From Balanoglossus misakiensis (lineage: Eukaryota; Animalia; Hemichordata): a DNA stretch of 64,000 bases. Under the pieces are notes generated by a model. It had not been told where the DNA came from and searched no databases. It saw nothing but the letters and a program-made list of their open reading frames with translations. This document shows, one piece after another, positions 29,701-40,966 of the stretch. Numbering within the stretch: the stretch's first letter is position 1; each line of letters opens with the position of its first letter. The DNA lies in the NCBI GenBank assembly GCA_040954595.2, contig CM082596.2, positions 7,642,468 to 7,706,467 of the forward strand, given 5' to 3'. The position numbers were made by a program, and so were the translations under genes.

Positions 29701-32394
29701 CCATGTCAGCGCCCTTTTAAATGTCCATGAAATAACAGTGAAAACTTTTCCCTTCGGCGACAATATATTTCTTTGGCACCGTCCGCCCGCAATGCACGGG
29801 TCGTACGCTCGATGATTGTCTCGAGAGCAAGACCTTGGCGGGCGAAGATGTTTTCTGGTAAACATAGCTACGTCAGGTACCGGTGTCGTCCCTGATTATT
29901 TGCTGATAGCCAGGCTTGTTTGTAACAGCTGAACCTAATCTGGAACGTTATATACACCGAAAACATCTTGTTATTTCTCTTCAAGAGGGATTTGGAGTCT
30001 GCATCTTAGTGAGTGGGACTGAAAAGGATGTTGAGAATCTACGTGTGTCATCCAGATTGGACAAGGGTCGGGTCACGTGGCACTGGCTCTTGTCAATCAA
30101 TCTGTAAAGATAGTTAAATACATGAAATACCAGCTAAAAATGATCAAATTCCCAGGGATGTCACTTCTCTACAAGAAAACTCTCCAGTTGACCGTTTGTT
30201 GAGATGGATGGAGGCATCAGGCTCCTCAAACAAAACAAACAAAAAAACACGTGCACAAAAACCCGAAGTTACCGGTCTTAGATAAACTAAAACCACCAAT
30301 CCCAAAATAATATCTGGAAAGACATAAATCTCCGCATTATCTTAATTATTCTTCCTTTAGCATGGATTATTCTGAAGGTGGTGCGGCAGAATTATTAATA
30401 GTTTTTGGGACAATACAGTTTATAGAATTCAAGCAAAAAAACTGACAAGAGATTGCCTTTCCAAAGTAGTGTTCTTTGTAGTATTCAGACAGATTTGACG
30501 GTCGTTATAGGCGGATAAGTTGTTTGCGGAAATACAGCTGAAAAAAGGCTGATTTTCGAGCGGATGATGCGGTGAACCTCCGCATGCATTGCTACAGGGT
30601 AAGTCACTGGATTTGGGTTTTTAGAGGTCCCGGATGTTTGGGAGAAAGATGAGCTTCAAATCTTGCGTTCGACGTATTCAAATACTTGACTGCCTTCGAT
30701 TCCCTCCATATTTCATGCGCACTAAAGTAGACTTTATTTTTGTCCCTTCTTTTCACATAGTTTGCCTTATGGCATTGACTTTATACAATTTTTTGTAACC
30801 AGGATCTCTGGTTTGGCACATGCGCATGCGTAAGACGACCGTCGCCGTTTAATTCAGTCCATTTCAGGAAAATGATCCACATTGAACCTGTAAGCTTGTG
30901 AAGTCGTAAGATCTCCAGTTATTATGAGGTCGTGTCATGCGCGGGGATCTCTCCACTTTATTCAATCATAAAAAAAACTTCCCAGTCTGAAATTGGCAAA
31001 TCTTATGGCATGTGTTGACTTGTCAGACGGTGGTTGTGTGGGTGTGGTTGAAGACAAAAAATAACAAGAAGTTACAGTGCAATTAAGAATCTACAAGAAA
31101 ACCTTTAATTCAATAATAACCTAATAAACAGAACAACGCAATGTACATACAGTAATCAAAGCAACTAGGGGTTCACACTAATCGAGTATACCTAAGTATG
31201 TGTATAAATCAGTCGCATCATTACCAACCCATGTGCATAATTGTAACTATGATTTACCAGGAGTTGTCAGTAATTTATATTGTAAAATTTATAACCACAG
31301 AGGGCATCTCCACCAGTGTTTTCGATTTTGCACGATTCTCTCTCTCGAGGAGGAAAATAGTTTCCGGTGAGGGTTGGGGGTTGAATTTGGGTAGGTCACG
31401 CAACCGGAAACGCAATTTTTCTAGGACTTGTGGGAGTAATATGCGTATTGATTTTGGTAGTCTATCCATATTAAAAGTGGATTAAAAAAGAGTTTGTTGG
31501 CTTCAAAAGACAATCGCTAAAATACCACTTTTTTACCTGGCCGTCGCTCGGTTAAGGCGAAGGCGCCATATCGAATCATGTTTCGAAATAAAAAGTACGC
31601 ATCATGTACTGGATAACATTGAATGCGTAACTTTTATCTTCAAAAATCAAAAAGACCGAGTCCATGCATGAACAAATGTGTCAATAAGAATTTGTATGTG
31701 GCGTCGATCAAAATGCAACTACGAAGTGCCCACTGTCATCCAAGTCAATTTGCCCTTTAATTCATGGTTTTCGCCTCTGATTGTTTTCAGTGATCGTAAA
31801 CTTTCTAAACATGTTAATGACACAAGTCAACACAACAATATTAGTTACATTACATTAGATTGATTTGGGTAATACATCCTTGAATCTGTGCACCCCCAAG
31901 ATTGACCAAAATCGCAAAGAAATAAATAAGATTGTGTACGTCTTTAAGCTTCGCACGGCCACAGTAAGGATATACCAAGATTCTACAGTTTATCACGGAA
32001 GTAACAAAAAATCCAAAAATTCTACTAACATGTCTGCCTAATTAAAGAGCTTCGCACACTCGCGCACAGGAATTGAAATAGACGACATTCTCGAACAAAT
32101 AAAACTTTGTACATTCACCACAAAAATAACACAATGTTCCCGCATTTTAAGTAAAAGCTACCAATATCCACGCCTGTCAATATGTTGTCCATGTTAATTA
32201 AACACAAAAGTCAGCAATATGAAAGACATCGATTATACACCAACATTGGGCTTTTCGTCACCAGAGTTTGTTAATCTCTCGCCTTGAGATGGGCTTATAA
32301 GCTGGCTCGTGCATGGAACCTGGGGCATGCGTTTCATCGGGCGATCGGTAGTGAGTCTGTGGCAGTAATAACTTGGGTCAAAGCATATTGACTA

Positions 32395-34245
32395 AGAAAT
32401 AAACACCCCGGACACCTGGTATATATACCACTAGATTTCCATCACTTCGCGACATATACACACGAGCACCAACGAATGCGTATATGGAGTCGAATTTGTC
32501 AAAATCTAGTGATATTACCGTCCCTAGGGTGTGTTATTTGCTATTATATTATACCAGTATATCGAAATTTGGCGTTTACACTTTTAAAAATGATTTTCTT
32601 TCACTTGTATCTCAATTAAAATTTGCGTAATGGGACAACATGCCCATGCTCCGGCCCTGAAATATGAATATCTCTATAATTGATCGTTCTCAAGATTTCC
32701 ATTCGACCCCGAGCAGTAAAATTTGTTGTCAGACAAATCCGCGACTTTTTCACTAGGATATGAACTCTGTGCTGGGAACCGCATCCACATGATCTATGGT
32801 CAGCAAAGCTGGGTAATAAATGATTTACATAATAATAAGAACAGTTCCAAACTGTCTACAAAGTTGCAAATTTTAAGTGCTGCGTTCGAGGCTCATGCAA
32901 TGAACTGAGGATCAGCAAGCGACAGATGGAATGGCGTTAATTTCTCACGAGGTCATCTCAACACCCACCGATATCGGCGTTTATCTGGACCGAATGTAGT
33001 TTTGAAACAAGCCACAGTTTTAGTACATTATATTGACTGAAATACCCAGAGTAGGACAATAAAAGTGACTGAAATCGCGGTCAATCATGATGTGATATTC
33101 GAGCGACGCGATGTGACAACTTTCTGTGTGGACTACAACAACTTGGCAGATGCATTTGAAGGCCAAGGCTGTCTTTTCACACTTGTATCCTTTAATTAGC
33201 AATTTCGCAAAATTCTAGAAAAGACAGCCCAGCACAGGTATGTATTATATATTGGCTTTTGCGAGCGTTGTTTTTTTTACCACAAACATCCGTTCCTAAT
33301 CCTTGTAGCCGTTGAGCCACACCCCTTTATTTGCATAATGCTGCTTGTGCTCTCTGCTCGTCCCGTTTCTGCGCTTTGTAGGAAAAATTTACCGGGTATC
33401 CGCGAACCTGCTGCAGATTTTGGACACTCAATGCAGAGTATCAACGCTCCGGGTTATCGCTGCGCCGGTGAAATACATGTGCACTCGCTCTTGCTACTTT
33501 GCTACATGTATTTCAGTCCTGCGGCAATCCGGTGAACCAGCAGATGATTTTCGATTCGATATTCAAATGTTGAAATAGCCCGGAGACCAGGGCGTAGTAG
33601 GGGAAAAGGAACGCCCGGTGACAGTCTCTATTTACGCACCGAATTCTGTGCGCAGAACGACACGGGTGGTAAATCTTGTGTGTAAGCTAATTGGTCACTC
33701 AATGTAAACCAAATGACATCATCGCATTCTAAATAAGGAAATAGAGGTGGAGTCATGTGTGAAATTCCCGTGACGGGGTGTGGGAGTGATTTACCAAGCT
33801 TTGTTAATTATATCATCCAACCACTGGCGCCCGTCAACATTTGATAGATCACTCGTTATCCATTCGTTTCTAAGCGACCCTGATCGTTGCCAGGGCTACT
33901 ATCTTTCAGCTCAGCAGGAAATTTCTCGACTGTCACCGGGCGTTGTATTCTAGATCGACGCCTGGTCTCCGGGCTAATGTTGAAATGACGCGCGCGGTTG
34001 TGACGAGAATGAATAATGTATCTTTACTGAAATGATTGCAACGTTGGTAAATGTCAAAGCCTAAAAGGCTGTAACTGCGTATTTTATTAATTCAACTTGC
34101 ACCATGTAATAAGCACAATCCTACACTAAACAGAATTCCTTCTGTCAGTATCCAAGATACACATACAGGGCCACTTGCATGTATTTCGCGTCTCGTCCAA
34201 TCAGATCGCTATATCTGCACCATTAATATACTGGTATAATATAGT
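32395..34245. mobile_element. Longer, diverged relative of the 2563-2874 hairpin-capped element
   Basis: Hairpin 32395-32542 homologous to 2563-2705; left IR attatattataccagtatat at 32543; right end gtctcgtccaatcagatcgc...aatatactggtataat matches 2817-2870; followed by ACATGT. Confidence 0.75.
33576..33976. mobile_element. Nested non-autonomous TIR element with TAG..CTA ends and 9-bp TSD (Academ/AcademH-like by inference)
   Basis: TIRs tagcccggagaccagg / cctggtctccgggcta; target duplication ATGTTGAAA at 33567-33575 and 33977-33985. Confidence 0.8.
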
Positions 34246-35222
34246 ACATGTATATTTCATTTAATTTAACAAACATAAAAACTTTGACTAGTGAATGTAA
34301 AAGCCTTTCTTTTAATACATTTATCAGAATGGCTTGGATAGCTAAATTTTGCAGTTTATCTGAAGGTCATTATGCCTGATGAGTTTTTTGTTATGCTTGT
34401 CTTATACATAATTAAAAGCAGGTCTGTTTTGGTCCTTTCATGGGAAGTTGTTTCTGAAGTCTTACTGAAAATAGGTGAACTGAAAATACAAAGGGCAATA
34501 TTGAATCCCCTTAGGTCTCTTGTATGTTTACTCAGTGCAAAACACCATTTTCCATTGAAACACTTGTCAGTTTTACCATTGCTTTTGCTGATAAATAAGG
34601 CGTGCCTTAATTAAACTGGATTTGAAATATCGTACTCTAAGTGTTAGCAATAATGACATTTGGCATTTAATTACTTGTGAGTCTTGCTGAAGTTTGCATA
34701 TTCATAGTTCAGACGAAAAAACACACATTGAAGTGGACAATTTTTATGTAGCTATAAGGGAGATGACACACATATGCACAAGCTATCATTGAATGTCTTC
34801 CTAAACTGGGTTGGATGTGTTTTATAATATAACAATCTTCATTTTATCAGGCTGGTAGAAACATTAACAATTAGGGCATGCTTAACTTAATTTTGAAATG
34901 TGACGCGAGTGGCATTGATTATTATTCTTGCCAACATTTTGATTCATCATTTCTCCTGGTTCACATATTCAGTCTGTATAACGTAGATGAAATACTGACT
35001 GACAAAATTACCGCAGAATGGATATGTTGTTTTATAATTGACTTGAATATATAATGTAATATTTTAGTGGCAGCAGTCAACAACAATGGAGTGCCCATGA
35101 CTAAAGGTAGTGCCAAGATTTCCATGTTCAGCCATATACTAATTTTATGTTTCGATAAAAACACTACTGAGGAGATTGAGCTAGTGATTTTTGATTTGCT
35201 GATTACTATGTAAACCAAGAGT

Positions 35223-35312
35223 ATACCCTCTTTCACCACAATGGCTCAGTCCAAACCCATGGTTTAACATGGTAAGGTTCATTTTGGACTGGGAACTGGG
35301 GTGTAAGGGGGC
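35223..35312. mobile_element. Degenerate inverted copy of the short piggyBac-like MITE
   Basis: ctttcaccacaatgg...gtccaaaccc...ttggactggg resembles the reverse complement of 17768-17865. Confidence 0.4.
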
Positions 35313-35797
35313 AAGAGTGTAAACAGCAAAATATGCTAATGTGATGAGTGGTGGACACTTTGTTTGAATTATACATTCACACAGATGATTATACTATCGT
35401 GGGTGACCAATGACGCAAAGATTTGACTTTTTCTCCTTGAAATTCACCAATGAAATCAAGAGCCGTCTTATTTGTGGTGATGTCAGCTAACTGATCAGCT
35501 ATACAATGATTAAAATAATTATAAGCATATTCTCCATTATAGCTAATGTAAATGATTACCCTTTAATTCATCAGATGTTTTAGTGACCCCCCTCCCTCCC
35601 AGTGAAAATAAATATATATATCTATATATTTTTATATTCGGAAAGATATATCACATGTGTGTATATTCCAAGGGGGAAATTTCATGTCATCATTTGAGGA
35701 TGAGTGTCTGAACAAAAAACTTTCAATTTAAAAACACTGTATGCCTATATTCAAGGAAAATAAAATTGTGTTCTCTTTTCTTCAACATGGTTTTGGC

Positions 35798-38700
35798 TCA
35801 GTCTAAAACAAGGCTTTCAAGTTCCGATTTGCTGATCATGTCATCATCTGAAAGAGAGAGAGAAAAAAAAAATTACAAATATATGAGATGATTTTGTGTA
35901 AATTTGCCGGTTCACCAATGTTTATCAAACTCGCAGAAGATCATTAAAGGTATACGGTCACCTATGCAAATTTAGCTGCAGTTACCATGGCAAATTGCGA
36001 TCTAGCCAATCATAGTTTTTCAGTGGGTGGCACACGCGAAAAAAAAGAGCGCCACCATATGATCTTTAGAACGCTATAATACACCATTTCAGCCATATAT
36101 GCACGTATGTAAATTGGAGGTGACCGTTACCTTAAATTACGGGTATGACGAAAAGAATTCGGTTGTGCATTTTATTAGAGAGGATATAGAGACTAGCTGT
36201 GTTATAAATATTTGTCAAAACATTTCCTGTGTACTAAACAGTTTCTGTTCTACTAATACCGGAAGTATGTAGCAATCGTACCATTACAAGAATCACAACA
36301 ACCTGAAAAAGTATTCCCACACTCTCAAAGAATTTAAAAAGTAGGGAACTACCCAGATGCAGTGTATGCTTATCACAGTATAATTAGAATGTTGAGAAAA
36401 CACTGTTGTAATATTACCATTTTTCTTAAAAGTTTTTACAAATGGTGTCAAAAGAAAAACTATATCAAATGACATAAACACTGTCATCATGCTTGATTTT
36501 TTGATAGAGCTGCATATTCAGATATTTTCACCACTATAGCTGCAATGGAGAGTGCAAGAAAAGTTCAATTTTAACCCTTGCCATTGGCAATGCAATATCA
36601 AATCCAATAACCTTACCATGTAATAACAGATTACTGAGCATGAATCAAACTGATCATGAATAGTATATGTTTAACCTTAACGCAAGTTCTCAGACTACAT
36701 ACCTACTACAAAAGACCCAGATTAAAAGGTTATTTTAAGCTACTGTTTGGGATGATTTTTCTGGGGAAAATGAACCTGATGACATTTTAAATTCATCTCC
36801 CTCACCATCACATTCTCATGTTTACACAGTATATTTGCTTGACCTTATAACTTTAATATGGCATATTTTTTCTTGTATAAAGACTTTTTTTAATATTGAA
36901 AAGGACTTGTATACTTTAATTACTGGGTTATGTATAATTTGTCACCTAAATGTTTGCAGATACAATGTATGCAGTGTTCCATCCAGTCCCCAAGTTGCTA
37001 GAATATTGGGGAGATTTCGCTCTGGCAAGGGGAACTGTCTCAAACATGGGAGGGCCATCATTGACAAATTGCTAGGGGTTGCTAACATGTCAGGGGGTGT
37101 CAATACCCCATCCCTACCCCTGTCTTGATAAAACATTGGATATGGAAAATGATTGCACAATGATCTGCTGAACAGTCACATGATTGAGATTGAGTTCATG
37201 GCTGAAGTAAAACATAAAAATAACACTTATAATATCCAAGGTGTGTGAATTTTGTCAACAGAGGAATCAGACAAGAAACATACAAATAACACATGCAAGC
37301 TCGTGAAAAGTGATGAACGAGTCGACATTTGCAATGGAAAGCACTGCTTTATTACATTGTAAATGTCTTCTGACTTAGACAGACAGTTCATCATGGATCC
37401 CAGAGTCTGTGGTTTATCGCGGTTTATCTTCATATTGTAAGAAATATATCGCAAGCGGAAACTTCTCCTCAGGGATGTACGACAAATGATGTGAGACTGG
37501 CTTAAACCACTACACTCCTTTCTTGAACTCTTAAAAGGTCAAACGGATTTCGCAGGGCCCCTCGCCGTCATTGAAATGACATTTTGCCGTACCATTGGAG
37601 ACTTTAAAAGGTGTGTTTTTTCTTCAGATCCCGTAAAATTCTTGAGGGCAGAGACGCACTAATCCACCCCACAGGTACGGTGTTGTAAATGATTAAAATC
37701 TGTGTCCGTGCAACCCTGACTGGCCTTTCTTTATACTTATGTGTCATCGTCCGTAGACAAAAACGAGTCGTTTGTAAAGAAGGTATGTGTATTGTGCAGA
37801 TGATAATGATATCCAAAAGGCAACTCAAAACAAGAAAAAAATACTAGGATTGAAGAAAGTCTTGAAAACAGGACGAAGACACCGCTTGATGACATGTCCG
37901 TTTTATTATACCACAGAGGGCGCTGCTTTCCTCACTTTCTTGAAATTATTCATTGTTTTTTCTTCCTGAAATTTTGGCCAGGTACAGTTTATTGTTGTTT
38001 TTAGCAGAACAAGTGTCGTCTGAGAATTTGTAATTTTGTGACTTAGATGCAAAACTTCTGTGAGTCTACAAGATGTGAAAATAGAACCTTAAAGTGAAGG
38101 GGTCGTTGCGCTGCATTTGTTTGTTTATAAACATCATTACAATTCATCCACAAAACCCTGAAATTAGATAATTCTTAGAATGAACAAAGCAGCCAACTGT
38201 AGCGTAGACTGGGCATGACGTACAGCAACTGAAGATTCTAGTAGGTCGTGGCGACTGCAGTGGGGTTTGCGCTGGTATGGGAGGACATATTCTCATCAAA
38301 GGAGACACCCACATGGCGCGACGACCCCTTCCCTTAAAGTATACTAATTACAGTATGTGAATGCACAAAGAATTGTGCCTTAATTCGTAATGCAACGACA
38401 AGAAGGCTTCACACAGTGTTAGAAAAGGCCATCTTTTCCTGATTCTGTTTCTTATAAAGATGTACGCCCGCAGTCTCTGAAATGTCATATGAAGCATTTG
38501 CGCAGACGCAGTACGTTGTCTGTGTAAAGTACATCTGAAGCTACATAAGCGGCTATCGAATATCATGTTGTCATCTTTGCAAAGCCAAGGATCCCGTGAT
38601 GTGTCCTCGGGATTCTTAAAAATGTTTATGCGTGTGTGTGTGCTTGTATATAGGACACCTTGTTTTCATGTATTCCTCCTCTCTAAATCAACTGCATGAA

Positions 38701-39828
38701 TTATGACTCAGTTTAAATTTCTCTGCTAGGTTTGGTTGAGTGTCATTTGAAATCAGTATACCGGTACATATATACAATTAGATAAAACAAACAACACAAA
38801 GTAGATAAACTCTGTCGGTTACTGCAGGTCTATCATGAAGGGTTGACTTGACATTTATAAATGAAGCTCACAATGGTATTTTTTTTTTAAAACAAAAGAT
38901 GGAATAAATAAACACAAAGAAAGAAACAGTCACCTGTAGCTATACCTACCATTTAAATCAATGGCTTTAACGATTTTCCTGATCAAACTCGGTGAATTCT
39001 GGATGATTTCCACGATTTCTTCACTTGAGAGAACATTTCTGTGATTGGAAAAAGAGGAACGATGACAGGTATATCAACCAACGTGTCAGTCATGAAAGGG
39101 TGGTTTTAAACTCACATGGTGGCAAACAGTTATATATATAGTGAGGGAATTGCGAGGCCTTCATATAATAACACTTTCCTCATTCAATTCGGGAACAGTA
39201 AACAGTGCTTAGTCACATGTCACTGTTAATCTCGCACTGGTATTTACTTCATGCTAGGGGGTCAAATCACATTATAATAATTGCATTCTGGGTAAAAGGT
39301 GGACAACTCAGTTTTAAGACCTTGAATTAATAATATGTTAACTGTATTTCATGACTTCCTCTGATCAACAATTTCAGTCTTTGTAGTAAGAACTTTTTTA
39401 ACATTTTATTTTTTCTTTCTCTAGTTTTTAGAATGACCGGCAGTATCACTTTGGCTTATGAAGTTCCATTGCATATAAACATGGCGAAAATTGGCCATCT
39501 TAACATTGTGTTGACCATATGAGAATTTCGTTACTCGCCTAGGTAGCAAAAACCTATTTAAGGTAGTGAAAATTTCAACCTACTTGTTTTCGCTCGTGGG
39601 TTTTTCATACGCCGTGAGTTCCTGTGTTTTTGAGATGGGTATATAATTTCTTTTGCCAGCTGTGAGGATATTTTTGGTCGGGTTGTCACAGATGAGACTC
39701 TGGAATGGACAGCGGCAATTTTTGGGTATTTTACATCCGATGTTATGACAACAGGCTGGCTGGGCTGAAGTGTCGGTCAAGAGTACAGCTACCAAAACCG
39801 TGGAAAATATAAGTACAGTGGGACGCAT
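35798..39828 (-). CDS. HCRT: Orexin (hypocretin)-type neuropeptide precursor, ambulacrarian 6-Cys type, 127 aa
   Basis: Coding exons 39828-39584, 39038-38950 and 35847-35798 (GT-AG, phases 2 and 1, 384 nt). Signal peptide MRPTVLIFSTVLVAVLLTDTSA; mature QPACCHNIGCKIPKNCRCPFQSLICDNPTKNILTA followed by GKR (amidation/cleavage), comparable to orexin-A pQP..CC...C.C...ILTL-amide. The C-terminal LSSEEIVEIIQNSPSLIRKIVKAIDLNDDDMISKSEL resembles the conserved allatotropin/orexin precursor domain. Confidence 0.88.
35944..36135. mobile_element. TTAA-flanked MITE family B, copy 1 (last orexin intron)
   Basis: ttaa-aggtatacggtcacct ... aggtgaccgttacc-ttaa; related copies at ~43118-43300 and ~44055-44242. 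Confidence 0.65.
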
Positions 39829-39952
39829 TCTATCTCTGCAAGAAATCAAAGGAAAATGACATCAATGTATATAATTCACATACAGTGTGGTGTGGTGTGA
39901 TATATAGTCTGTATTGTTTTAGATATGAACAAGATAACGTCCCCGATACCTA

Positions 39953-40966
39953 TAATTAGAGAATAATGAACGCCACAAAGACCCATAATGGACGAAAGCA
40001 CACATTGTGCGTCATAATATACGAGGCGAAGCCGAGTATATTATCAAGCTAGCACAATGTGTGCTTGAGTCCATTATGGGTCTTTGGGGCGTTCATTATT
40101 CTCATTATTTTATAGTTTTGTCAATGCCAGTGAATTTGCAGACTTCAAAAAGTATAGGAGCGAACAATTCAGACTCGGACACGGAGATCGAGAACAGAGC
40201 AATGGCGTACGCGTAAACAAAAGGTCACCTGATCGCGGTGTATCAGTGTACTGTACATTTCTAGTATCATATTCAAACATCAGGAAATAAATAATGAAGG
40301 TTTATTTACGCATGAAAAATTCATTTAAGGGTTCTGCTGAAATATATCTGAAAAAGTTTCGATTTTTGTGTAATCTTGGGGAGGACTCGGGGAATATTTG
40401 AATTCGTTTGCGTTCTGAGGAAAGTTCACGCATACGGGTGCTCGGAAGGTTGCAATACATAAACAAACTCGCCCTCGATCGACCCTCCGTACCGCGTAGA
40501 CAACATGACAGTGACACTTGCGGCATAATTTTTTTTACGTATAGCTTCGTTGACAAGACTGCTTGGTACATGGTACACGGTATGTATGGTGAACGAATGT
40601 CAAATCCAGCATCATGGAGAGGTTTGCTTTACGTGCGTGAGCGAGCCATGTTGACTGCGCGTGATTCAAGAGCAGACGACATGTACTGCAGCCATAGGAA
40701 GAAAAAAATAAACAAAACGCCAGTCGAGGACAGATTTGGAAATTAATAAATATCGCCGTATTTATTCTGTGTACGTTTACATTTCTTTTTTAGCCCTTAA
40801 AATGTTCGCATTGTTTGAAATCCTCCGTTATTCAGTCGGAAATTGTACACGTCCACTGGTTCTTGGGCGCGTCGCGCGTCCATCGAATAACACGATACAT
40901 TATCAGTAATAATGTATAGCTATGACGTCACAAAATTCACTGGTATTGATAAAGCTATAATATAAT
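39953..40966. mobile_element. Second family of hairpin-capped inverted-repeat element
   Basis: 145-bp hairpin 39959-40103 with apex cgaggcgaagccgag, then 34-bp IRs 40104-40137 / 40933-40966 (4 mismatches) ending TATAATATAAT. Confidence 0.8.

Noticed and set aside
30470-30895. Possible plus-strand exons (donors ~30599 and ~30889, NRF1-like TGCGCATGCG at ~30820)
   Set aside because: I could not assemble a coherent reading frame or recognisable protein; the splice-like sites may be chance.
37910-37928. CTCF-like ccacagagggcgctg (similar at ~2306 and ~9638)
   Set aside because: Short motif matches are common in repeats and cannot be supported as insulators from sequence alone.
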